Assembly: GCA_051000215.1 (NCBI GenBank)
Contig: JBPCON010000003.1
Location: 10,321-74,320 of the forward strand
DNA: 64,000 nt
Origin: Acidimicrobiales bacterium
GTDB lineage: Bacteria > Actinomycetota > Acidimicrobiia > Acidimicrobiales > JACDCH01
Direction of reading: 5' to 3'
Shown: positions 16,385 through 25,011 of the stretch, piece by piece
How the letters are laid out: every line of letters begins with the position of its first letter
How positions within the stretch are numbered: position 1 is the stretch's first letter
The notes under the pieces: generated by a model
Databases searched by the model: none
What the model was told of the DNA's origin: nothing
Seen by the model: the letters and a program-made list of their open reading frames with translations, nothing else
Program-made: the position numbers and the translations under genes

Positions 16385-16511
16385 GGATCGCTGATCCGCA
16401 GCCTCCCGGTGAGCAGATGGAAGGCCCCTACTCCGCCCGCTTCCCATCAGTTCAGTCGGGGAGAAATCCCGGCGAGCGCCCGCCCACCGGGGGGCTGCCG
16501 ATCAGCGATCC
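16385..16511 (+). promoter_or_regulatory. structured mRNA leader between mraZ and rsmH (25-bp long-range helix; possible Rfam mraW motif)
   Basis: 16385-16409 pairs with 16511-16487 at 23/25 Watson-Crick positions plus one G-U. The arms enclose 77 nt with a GGGA-GAAA-UCCC hairpin at 16459-16470. Non-coding by frame inspection. Confidence 0.5.
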
Positions 16512-16579
16512 CCGAGCAAGCACAGCAGCGCGGTCGGCGGCGACGCCGTCGATCCGAGCCGACGATGGAAGGCTCGCCC

Positions 16580-17518
16580 ATGAGCTCTGGCTTCTCCCAC
16601 CGACCGGTGATGCTCGACGAGGTCGTCGAGACGCTGCGGCCGGTGCCCCCGGGTTGGGTGGTTGACGCCACCGTCGGGGGAGGGGGTCATGCCACGGCGA
16701 TCTTGCGCGCGCTTCCGCACCTGTCGCTGCTCGGCTTCGACCGTGATGGCGATGCCCTGGCGGCAGCAGCCGATGCGCTCGAGCCGTTCGCTTCGAGGGT
16801 GCGACTGCACCGGGTCCGTTTCGACGCACTGGAAGACGTGATGGAGGAGTTGCACATGGAGGAGATCAGCGCAGCCGTGTTCGACCTGGGGGTGTCATCC
16901 CCTCAGCTCGACCGCCCCGAGCGCGGGTTCTCCTATCGCAGCGACGCCCCATTGGACATGCGCATGGACCGGCGACAGCAACACAGCGCGGCCGACGTCG
17001 TCAACGACGCCGACGAGGCCGAGCTCCGCCGCATCCTGCGCACCTTCGGCGACGAGCGCCACGCGCACCGCATCGCGCGAGCGATCGTTGCTGCGCGGCC
17101 CGTCACGACGACCGGTCGGCTGGCTGAGATCGTGCGCGGCGCGATACCGGCTGCGGCGCGGCGCCGCGGCGGTCACCCCGCGAAGCGCACCTTCCAGGCC
17201 ATCCGCATCGAGGTGAACGGCGAGCTCGAGGCGCTACCGGCAGCACTGGATGCGGCCATCGATCGGCTCACTCCCGGCGGGCGCTGCGCGGTCCTCAGCT
17301 ACCACTCCGGTGAGGACCGCATCGTCAAGGATCGCTTCCGCAGAGCCGCGACGGGCGGGTGCACCTGCCCACCAGGGATGCCTTGCGCGTGCGGCGCGCT
17401 CCGTGCCGTGCGCGAGTTGCGGCCGTTGAAGAGGCGGCCGTCGGCAGCAGAGATCGCGGCGAACCGGCGTGCAGAGAGCGCAGTGCTGCGCGCGGTCGAG
17501 AAGTTGGCCGTCGGCTGA
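16580..17518 (+). CDS. rsmH: 16S rRNA (cytosine1402-N4)-methyltransferase RsmH (MraW)
   Basis: ATG 16580 (GGAAGG SD 8 nt upstream; alternative ATG 16565) inside ORF 16409..17518. HRPVMLDEV, DATVGGGGH, DLGVSSPQLD and FQAIRIEVN motifs. Confidence 0.93.
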   Translation: MSSGFSHRPVMLDEVVETLRPVPPGWVVDATVGGGGHATAILRALPHLSLLGFDRDGDALAAAADALEPFASRVRLHRVRFDALEDVMEELHMEEISAAVFDLGVSSPQLDRPERGFSYRSDAPLDMRMDRRQQHSAADVVNDADEAELRRILRTFGDERHAHRIARAIVAARPVTTTGRLAEIVRGAIPAAARRRGGHPAKRTFQAIRIEVNGELEALPAALDAAIDRLTPGGRCAVLSYHSGEDRIVKDRFRRAATGGCTCPPGMPCACGALRAVRELRPLKRRPSAAEIAANRRAESAVLRAVEKLAVG

Positions 17519-17997
17519 TGGTGGCCACGACCCAGCGCGCCGCGCTCCCCATCAGGTCCCGTCCGGCACCTCGCGTGCGCCCCCAGGCCGCGCCCCGACG
17601 ACCAGAGCTTCGCGTCGTCGGCGCGCAGCGGCGACACCTCAAGGTGATCGGTGTCACGGGTGCGCTCCTGGTCTTCGTCATGCTCTTCGGCCTCGTCGTC
17701 TTCCACACCGTGCTCGTGCAGAACCAGCAACGGATCGATCGCGTGCAGCAGGACATCCGCGACGCGCAGGCCGAGTACCAGGCCACGCGGCTTCTCGTCG
17801 CGCAGCTGGAGTCGCCGGCGCGCATCGTGGAGGAGGCCTCGCGCCTCGGCATGGTCACGCCGCCCGGGACCACCTACCTCACACCCTCGCCCGCGGCGGC
17901 AGGCGAGGTCGGCACGGTCGAAGCGAAGCCGGCTGCGGCCGCGCGAGCTGGTGACGACTGGCCCGACGTGAAGCCCTATTTGAGCGAGCAGGGTTGA
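17518..17997 (+). CDS. ftsL: FtsL-like cell division protein (single TM plus coiled coil)
   Basis: ATG 17518 overlaps the rsmH stop (TGATG). 159 aa with basic N-terminus, TM GALLVFVMLFGLVVFHTVLV, then a coiled-coil-like segment. Position in the dcw cluster supports the call. Confidence 0.7.
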   Translation: MVATTQRAALPIRSRPAPRVRPQAAPRRPELRVVGAQRRHLKVIGVTGALLVFVMLFGLVVFHTVLVQNQQRIDRVQQDIRDAQAEYQATRLLVAQLESPARIVEEASRLGMVTPPGTTYLTPSPAAAGEVGTVEAKPAAAARAGDDWPDVKPYLSEQG

Positions 17998-20045
17998 CGA
18001 CAACCCGGCGTCCGCCTTCTCGACGACCGAGCGCAGCGCCTTCCGGCGCTCGGCGAAACACCGCGAGACCCTCCTCGGCGGCTCCCGGCCGATCCGCCCC
18101 GGCTGGGAGCCGCCAGGGGCCAGCGCGCAGGCCGTCACAACGGCCCGCTGCGGCGCCTCAGCGAAGCAGAGCAGTGCCGAAGCATCGCCGGCCTGGCAAC
18201 CCGCGCCGACGCCTCATCGGGTTGCTCCTCGTCGTCGTGCTCCTCTTCGTGGTCATCATCGGACGCACCGCACAGCTGCAGCTCTTCGAGGGCGGTCGCT
18301 ACGCGCAGATCGGCGAGTCGCAGCGGGTGCACCCTGTGACGCTCCCAGCAGAGCGCGGGTCCGTGTTCGATCGCGACGGCAACGACCTCGCGCTCTCGGT
18401 GCCGCAGAAGACCGTCTGGGCCGATCCGCGTCTCGTCACCGACCCGCAAGGCACCGCGCAGGTGCTTGCCCCCGTGCTGGGCGTCGATGTGGCCACCCTC
18501 ACGGCGAAGCTGGTCACACCCGGAGCGTTCGTCTACCTCGCCCGTCAAGTCACCGACGATGTCGCGACCAAGGTCGCTGCGCTTCGCCGCGAGGGTGTCG
18601 AGCTGCTCGACGAGTCGAAGCGCTTCCTGCCGTCGGGCACCCTCGCACGATCACTGCTCGGCACCGTCGACACCGACAACAAGGGAATCGCAGGCCTCGA
18701 GTCGCAGTACGACACAACGCTCACCGGCACACCTGGTCAGCTCGTGTACGAACGAGATCCGACCGGCCGCACCATCGCGGCCGGCGAGCACCGCATCGAT
18801 CCGGCGCGGCCGGGCGACGACTTGATTCTCACCATCGACCAGGCGTTGCAGTTCGAGACCGAACAGGCCTTGGCGGACAAGATCTCGGAGATGGGAGCCA
18901 AGGGCGGCACAGCGATCGTGGCCGATCCCCGCACCGGCGAGATCCTCGCCATGGCCAACATGGAGGCGCAATCGGGCGGGTCTCCCATCGCGAGCACGAA
19001 CAACAAGGCGCTCACGACCGTGTACGAGCCCGGTTCGGCGTCGAAGGTCATCACCCTCGCCGCAGCGCTCGAGGAGCAGGTCGCGTCACCGTCGACCGAG
19101 CTGACGGTCCCCGATCACTTGCAGGTGTCCGACGGGCTCTTCACCGATCACGATCCGCATCCGACCGAGCAGATGAACCTCACCGACATCATGGCGACCT
19201 CCTCGAACATCGGCACGATCATGCTCGGCCGCGGCCTCGGCGCCGAGCGCCTCGACGCGTACCAGCGCAAGTTCGGGTATGGCAGCCCCACCTCGCTCGG
19301 GTTCCCCAACGAGTCCCCTGGCCTGATGCTCCCGCTCAGGGACTGGTCGGGCACGTCGATCGGAACCATCCCGATCGGCCAAGGCGTGGCCGTCACTGCA
19401 CTGCAGATGCTCCAGGCGTTCAACGTCATCGCGGACGGCGGCCGCTACGTCGACCCGAAGCTCGTCCTCGACACCGTCGACAGCAACGGGACGCGACATC
19501 CCACCGCAACATCTGCGGCGCGCGAGGTCGTGTCGGAGAAGACCGCAGGCGAGGTGCGCGACATGATGACGGCGGTCGTCAACGCCGGCACCGGCAAGCA
19601 GGCAGCGATCGCCGGCTACTCCGTGGCGGGCAAGACGGGAACGGCCCGCAAGCCCCAGCGAAACGGCGGCTACGTCGATGCGGCGGGCAACCCGCACTAC
19701 GTCACCACGTTCGCCGGGTTCGTGCCCGCCGAGGATCCGCGCATCTCGGCGATCGTCGTGCTCGACGAGCCGACGAAGGACATCTACGCCAGCGACACAG
19801 CGGCACCGGTGTTCAGCCGCATCGCCTCGTACGCCCTTCGACGCTTCCAGATCGCGCCGCCGCAGGCGCTGCGCTCCACCGTCCCTGCACCCCGGCTCAC
19901 CGAACCTGATCGGTCTTCCTCCGCGACGGACCCAGATGTCAAAGTCCGCTCGGCGGCCGCTGAGGTCGTGACCACGACGCCTGCGCCGACGACCACCTCA
20001 CCGAGGTCGGGCAGTCCGCCGACCACGGCGAAGACGGGGCCATAG
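17994..20045 (+). CDS. ftsI: penicillin-binding protein (FtsI/PbpB class B transpeptidase)
   Basis: 683-aa ORF. TTG start overlaps the ftsL stop (TTGA). TM anchor plus SxxK (SASK), SSN and KTGT motifs. Confidence 0.9.
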   Translation: MTTTRRPPSRRPSAAPSGARRNTARPSSAAPGRSAPAGSRQGPARRPSQRPAAAPQRSRAVPKHRRPGNPRRRLIGLLLVVVLLFVVIIGRTAQLQLFEGGRYAQIGESQRVHPVTLPAERGSVFDRDGNDLALSVPQKTVWADPRLVTDPQGTAQVLAPVLGVDVATLTAKLVTPGAFVYLARQVTDDVATKVAALRREGVELLDESKRFLPSGTLARSLLGTVDTDNKGIAGLESQYDTTLTGTPGQLVYERDPTGRTIAAGEHRIDPARPGDDLILTIDQALQFETEQALADKISEMGAKGGTAIVADPRTGEILAMANMEAQSGGSPIASTNNKALTTVYEPGSASKVITLAAALEEQVASPSTELTVPDHLQVSDGLFTDHDPHPTEQMNLTDIMATSSNIGTIMLGRGLGAERLDAYQRKFGYGSPTSLGFPNESPGLMLPLRDWSGTSIGTIPIGQGVAVTALQMLQAFNVIADGGRYVDPKLVLDTVDSNGTRHPTATSAAREVVSEKTAGEVRDMMTAVVNAGTGKQAAIAGYSVAGKTGTARKPQRNGGYVDAAGNPHYVTTFAGFVPAEDPRISAIVVLDEPTKDIYASDTAAPVFSRIASYALRRFQIAPPQALRSTVPAPRLTEPDRSSSATDPDVKVRSAAAEVVTTTPAPTTTSPRSGSPPTTAKTGP

Positions 20046-20052
20046 TCGCGCC

Positions 20053-21471
20053 ATGCGGTTGGACGGACTGCGACGGGCGACGGTCATCGAGCGAATCGTT
20101 GGCGACCCCTCGGTCGAGGTGACCGGGATCGCCCACGACACGCGTGCCGTGCGGGCTGGCGCGCTCTTCTGCTGCGTGCGCGGGGGGCGCGTCGACGGAC
20201 ACGACCTCGCCGGCGACGCTGTGTCAGCTGGGGCCGTCGCACTGCTGTGCGAACGCGAGGTCGGCGTACCCGTTCCCCAGGCTGTCGTGGCCGACACCCG
20301 CGTCGCGATGGGGCCGGCCGCAGCTGCCGTTTTCGCTGATCCGTCCCGTGCGATCGACGTCGTAGGCGTGACGGGCACCAACGGCAAGACGACCACCGCC
20401 TACCTCCTGCAATCCATCCTGGAGGCCGCGGGTCGACCGACGGAGGTGATCGGCACCCTCAGCGGCGCGCGCACAACCCCGGAGGCCCCTGAGCTGCAAG
20501 CGCTGCTCGCGGGAGCGCGCGATCGCGGGATGAGCGCCGTCGCGATGGAGGCTTCGTCGCACGCCTTGTCGATGCACCGGGTCGACGGCACCTGGTTCGC
20601 CGTCGGCATCTTCACCAACCTGTCCCGCGACCACCTCGACTTCCACGCTTCGATGGAGGCGTACTACGCGGCGAAGGCCTCGCTGTTCGAGCCGCATCGC
20701 TGCGGCTTCGCAGTCGTCAACGTCGAGGACGCATGGGGTCGCCGGCTCGTCGACGAGGTCACGGTGCCATGGGAGCCTTACGGCATCGACCTCGTCCAGG
20801 ACGTCGTGATCGAAGCGACCTCGTCGCGATGCCGATGGGAGGGCGCTGAGCTTCTGGTGCCCCTGGGCGGTCGCTTCAACTTGTCGAACGCGCTCGCTGC
20901 AGCCGTGGCGGCGCGGCATCTCGGCGTCGCTGTCGACGCGGTCGCGGCGGGACTTGCTGCAGCCGGGCCCGTGGCTGGACGCTTCGAGCCGATCGAGGCG
21001 GGTCAGCCCTTTCGGGTCATCGTCGACTTCGCCCACACGCCTGACGGGCTCGAGCAGGCGCTGCGCGCAGCGCGCTGGGCGACGAAGGGCGGTGGCGTGC
21101 ACGTCGTGTTCGGATGCGGCGGTGAGCGCGACCCGAGCAAGAGGGCGCCGATGGGCATGGTGGCCGTCTCGCTCGCAGATCGGGTGATCATCACCTCGGA
21201 CAACCCGAGGTCCGAGGACCCGGATGCCATCATCAACGCGATCATCTCCGGAATCCCCGACGCCGACTCCCGACTTGCCGCCCGCGCCCTCGTCATCGAG
21301 CCCGACCGGCGCGCCGCAATCGCCACTGCGCTTTCCGGCGCGACACCGGGCGACGTCGTGATCGTCACCGGCAAGGGTCACGAGACGACGCAGACGACCG
21401 GCGCCATCGTCGTGCCGTTCGACGATCGCGTCGTGGCTCGTGAGCTGCTGGAGGGAGACGCCCGATGGTAG
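20053..21471 (+). CDS. murE: UDP-N-acetylmuramoyl-L-alanyl-D-glutamate--2,6-diaminopimelate ligase
   Basis: 472-aa ORF. GVTGTNGKTTT P-loop and the DNPR motif (ITSDNPRSEDP), which is typical of meso-DAP-adding MurE. Confidence 0.93.
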   Translation: MRLDGLRRATVIERIVGDPSVEVTGIAHDTRAVRAGALFCCVRGGRVDGHDLAGDAVSAGAVALLCEREVGVPVPQAVVADTRVAMGPAAAAVFADPSRAIDVVGVTGTNGKTTTAYLLQSILEAAGRPTEVIGTLSGARTTPEAPELQALLAGARDRGMSAVAMEASSHALSMHRVDGTWFAVGIFTNLSRDHLDFHASMEAYYAAKASLFEPHRCGFAVVNVEDAWGRRLVDEVTVPWEPYGIDLVQDVVIEATSSRCRWEGAELLVPLGGRFNLSNALAAAVAARHLGVAVDAVAAGLAAAGPVAGRFEPIEAGQPFRVIVDFAHTPDGLEQALRAARWATKGGGVHVVFGCGGERDPSKRAPMGMVAVSLADRVIITSDNPRSEDPDAIINAIISGIPDADSRLAARALVIEPDRRAAIATALSGATPGDVVIVTGKGHETTQTTGAIVVPFDDRVVARELLEGDARW

Positions 21472-22499
21472 GGCTTCTCATCGCGGCCGCCGTCAGCATG
21501 ATCGCTTCACTGGTCGGCACGCGGTTCCTAATCGGTTGGCTTCGCAGCCGCGACGTCGGCCAGCCCATCCACGAGGACGTCGCGGGCCACCTCACGAAGG
21601 CGGGTACGCCGACGATGGGTGGCCTCGCCATCGTCGCAGCGGCGTTGTTGGGCTACGTCGTCGCCCACCTTCGCAGCGGTGTGATCTTCACGTACTCCGG
21701 GCTGCTCCTCATGGCCGCGATCACCGGGGCTGGCGCCGTCGGTCTGATGGACGACTGGATCAAGGTCAAGCACGAACGCAACCTCGGTCTGACGAAGCGG
21801 GCGAAGACCTTCGGCCTCGTCGCGGTCGCCGTGACCTTCGCCGTGCTTGCTGTCACGAAGACCGACGTGCACACCACGCTGTCGTTCACCCGCTTCACCT
21901 CGACGAAGCTCGATCTCGGCTCGACCGGCTGGGTCGTGCTCGCTGTTCTCATGATCTACGGGAGCTCGAACGCAGTGAACCTGACGGACGGCCTCGACGG
22001 GTTGGCGGCCGGCGCATCGCTCTACGCGTTCGTGTGCTACCTCGTGATCGGGTTCTGGGGCTTTCGCCACGAGGACCTCTACGGCATCACCCACTCCTAC
22101 GACCTGGCGATCTGCGCAGCAGCGATGCTCGGCGCGTGCGTCGGGTTCCTGTGGTGGAACGCCAACCCAGCGCGCATCTTCATGGGCGACACGGGATCGC
22201 TCGCGATAGGTACTGCCCTCGCCGGCATGGCGCTGCTCACGAGCACGCAGCTGCTGCTCCCCATCGTCGGGGGGCTTTTCGTGCTCGAAACCCTCTCGGT
22301 CATGGTGCAGGTGACGAGCTTCCGGCTCTTCCGCGGTCGTCGGGTCTTTCGGATGGCGCCGATCCACCATCACTATGAGCTCGGCGGCTGGCCGGAGGCG
22401 ACTGTGATCGTGCGGTTCTGGATCCTCGCCATGCTGTGTGCCGCCCTCGCGCTCGGCTTCTACTACGCCGACTTCCTCAGCATCGGCGGCGTGGATTGA
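21465..22499 (+). CDS. mraY: phospho-N-acetylmuramoyl-pentapeptide transferase
   Basis: 344-aa polytopic membrane ORF. KAGTPTMGG, NLTDGLDGLA and MGDTGSLAIG motifs. Overlaps the murE end by 7 nt. Confidence 0.95.
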   Translation: MVGLLIAAAVSMIASLVGTRFLIGWLRSRDVGQPIHEDVAGHLTKAGTPTMGGLAIVAAALLGYVVAHLRSGVIFTYSGLLLMAAITGAGAVGLMDDWIKVKHERNLGLTKRAKTFGLVAVAVTFAVLAVTKTDVHTTLSFTRFTSTKLDLGSTGWVVLAVLMIYGSSNAVNLTDGLDGLAAGASLYAFVCYLVIGFWGFRHEDLYGITHSYDLAICAAAMLGACVGFLWWNANPARIFMGDTGSLAIGTALAGMALLTSTQLLLPIVGGLFVLETLSVMVQVTSFRLFRGRRVFRMAPIHHHYELGGWPEATVIVRFWILAMLCAALALGFYYADFLSIGGVD

Positions 22500-23830
22500 G
22501 CGCGTCGAGGGAACGTCACCTCCTGGTCGGGTTCGGGGTGACGAACCAGGCCGTGGCCGACGCCCTCCTCGCGCGCGCCCATGACGTCGTCGTTGCCGAC
22601 GACGCACCGTCAGGCTCTGCAGTCGCCGCCGCTTCGCGTCTCGGCGTCGAGCTCGTGGTCGCGCCCGATGGCGCATCGCTCGATGCCCTCATCGAACGAG
22701 CCGACGTGGTCATACCAAGCCCCGGGCTCGGCGACGTGCACCCGGCGATCGGCGCCGCGCAGCGCGCCGGCGTGACGATCCGATCCGAGCTCGACCTTGC
22801 CGCCGCGTGGGACGACCGACCCATCGTCGCGATCACCGGTACCGACGGCAAGACGACCGTAGCGACCCTGACCACCGATGTGCTCAACGCGTCAGGTCGC
22901 TCAGCCGTGGCCGTCGGCAACACCGATGTGCCTCTCGTCGCTGCCATCGGCGACCCGAGCATCGACGTGTTCGTCGTCGAGGCGTCCTCCTTTCGGCTCG
23001 GCCACAGCGAGCGGTTCGCTCCGCTCGTTGCCACATGGCTCAACCTCAGCCCCGACCACCTCGACCGCCACGCCACGATGGGCGCGTACGTCGCCGCCAA
23101 AGCCAGCATCTGGCAGCACCAGTCGCCCGAGCAGTGGGCAGTGGGCAACGCGGATGACCCCATCGTCGAGGCGGAGCTCGGCTCGGCCCCTGCGCAGCAC
23201 GTGCGCTTCGGCCTCGGCGACGCCGACTACCACCTGAGCGGCGACGAGCTTCGCACGCCAGCAGGCGACGTCCTCGCTCGTCGCGACGAGCTCTTCCGCC
23301 ACTTCCCCCACGACATCTCCAACGCCCTCGCAGCGTGCGCGACCGCGATGCCGGCCGGCGCCACCGTCGACGGTTGTCGCGAGGCGCTACGCCGCTTCAG
23401 CGGCCTGCCGCACCGCATCACCCTGGTGGCCGATGACGGCTCCGTGCGCTGGTACGACGACTCCAAGGCCACGACTCCTGGCGCGGCGCTGGCGGCCGTG
23501 CGCTCGTTCCGCTCGGTGGTGCTCGTCGCCGGAGGACGCAACAAGGGGCTCGATCTGGGCGCCCTGGCCGATGGAGCAGATCACGTGCGAGCCGTCGTCG
23601 CCATCGGTGAAGCAGCGGGTGCCGTCGAAGCAGCGTTCGCGAACAGCCGCCCTGTGGTGCGCGCAGCGTCGATGGCCGAAGCCGTCGACGCCGCTGGCTC
23701 ACTCGCCCACCCCGGCGACACCGTCCTGCTCTCGCCCGCTTGCGCGTCGTTCGACTGGTACCGGTCGTACAGCGAGCGAGGCGACGACTTCGCAAGAAAG
23801 GTCCGCGCTCGGATCGGAGCCAACACATGA
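22496..23830 (+). CDS. murD: UDP-N-acetylmuramoylalanine--D-glutamate ligase
   Basis: TTG 22496 overlaps the mraY stop (TTGA), in frame with ORF 22436..23830. ITGTDGKTT P-loop and the Mur ligase middle and C-terminal domains. Confidence 0.9.
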   Translation: MSASRERHLLVGFGVTNQAVADALLARAHDVVVADDAPSGSAVAAASRLGVELVVAPDGASLDALIERADVVIPSPGLGDVHPAIGAAQRAGVTIRSELDLAAAWDDRPIVAITGTDGKTTVATLTTDVLNASGRSAVAVGNTDVPLVAAIGDPSIDVFVVEASSFRLGHSERFAPLVATWLNLSPDHLDRHATMGAYVAAKASIWQHQSPEQWAVGNADDPIVEAELGSAPAQHVRFGLGDADYHLSGDELRTPAGDVLARRDELFRHFPHDISNALAACATAMPAGATVDGCREALRRFSGLPHRITLVADDGSVRWYDDSKATTPGAALAAVRSFRSVVLVAGGRNKGLDLGALADGADHVRAVVAIGEAAGAVEAAFANSRPVVRAASMAEAVDAAGSLAHPGDTVLLSPACASFDWYRSYSERGDDFARKVRARIGANT

Positions 23831-25011
23831 CCACGACCACTCTCCCGCCACTGCGGGTCGCGACGAGACGACGCGCGTTGCCGAGCACGGCTCCGCACAG
23901 AACACGCTCTCGGGTCGGCAACAGCAGCTTCGTGCTGCTGTTCGCTGTGCTCGTCGTGCTCAACCTGATCGGGCTCGTCATGGTGCTCTCGGCCTCGTCG
24001 GTCGTCGCGCTCGAACACGAAGGGACGCCCTACTACTACTTCCTACGCCAAGTGATGTGGCTCGCCGGCGGGTCGTTCGTTTTCCTGCTCGCACTGCGCA
24101 TCGACTACCGGTGGTGGCGCCGCGTCTCAGTGCCCTGTCTCGCCATCAGCGTGTTGCTCCTGCTGCTCGTGTTCGTGCCCGGTCTCGGGGTGAACACCAA
24201 CGGCTCCTCGCGCTGGCTGGGCTACGGCAACTTCGGGATCCAACCCTCGGAGTTCGCGAAGCTCAGCGTGCTGTTGTTCGCGGCGGACCTCCTCGCGCGA
24301 CGCCGGCACCTGATCAGCGACATCACAGCGACGCTGCGCCCGGTGCTGGTGGTCTTCGGGGGTGTGGCGCTGCTGATCCTCGTGCAACCCAACCTCGGCA
24401 CGACGATCGTGCTCGCGTCGATCGTGTTCGCCGTGCTGCTGACCGCCGGCGTTCCCGTCGGGCCCCTCGCGGGCGCGGGGGCCATCGGCGTGCTCGGCGC
24501 GACGGCGATGGCGTTCGCCAAGAGCTACAGGCGAGCACGGTTGCTCGCTTTCTTGCACCCGTGGAGCGACCCCCAGGGCATCGGCTACCAGAACATCCAG
24601 TCGCAGGTGAGCCTCGCCTCGGGCGGCTGGTTCGGCGTCGGGCTGGGGGCCAGCCGGGCGAAGTGGGGGTTCCTCCCGTATGCCCACACCGACTTCATCT
24701 TCGCCATCATCGGCGAGGAGCTGGGATTGTTCGGCGCGATGCTCGTCGTCGCACTCTTCGTGGGCCTCGGGGTGCTCGGCGTGCGCGCCAGCCTCCTGGC
24801 AGCGGATCCCTTCGGCCGGCTGCTGGCCGTGGGCATCACGACGTGGTTCTGCGTGCAAGCCTTCATCAACATCGGCGCGGTGATCGGTGTCCTGCCAATC
24901 ACCGGAGTGCCCTTGCCGTTCATCTCCTTCGGCGGCTCGTCGCTCCTCGCGACAAGCGCCGCTGCAGGGGTCCTGTGCAACGTGGCGAGGAACGCCCGCG
25001 AGACTCTGTAG
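23827..25011 (+). CDS. ftsW: peptidoglycan glycosyltransferase FtsW (SEDS family)
   Basis: ATG 23827 overlaps the murD stop (ATGA). Polytopic membrane protein with SEDS motifs (HTDFIFAIIGEELG, PITGVPLPFISFGGSS). Confidence 0.92.
   Translation: MTTTTLPPLRVATRRRALPSTAPHRTRSRVGNSSFVLLFAVLVVLNLIGLVMVLSASSVVALEHEGTPYYYFLRQVMWLAGGSFVFLLALRIDYRWWRRVSVPCLAISVLLLLLVFVPGLGVNTNGSSRWLGYGNFGIQPSEFAKLSVLLFAADLLARRRHLISDITATLRPVLVVFGGVALLILVQPNLGTTIVLASIVFAVLLTAGVPVGPLAGAGAIGVLGATAMAFAKSYRRARLLAFLHPWSDPQGIGYQNIQSQVSLASGGWFGVGLGASRAKWGFLPYAHTDFIFAIIGEELGLFGAMLVVALFVGLGVLGVRASLLAADPFGRLLAVGITTWFCVQAFINIGAVIGVLPITGVPLPFISFGGSSLLATSAAAGVLCNVARNARETL

Noticed and set aside
21528-22676. 382-aa minus-strand ORF
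   Set aside because: It is antisense to mraY and murD, its translation is Arg/Asp/His/Pro-rich, and it shows no recognisable domain.
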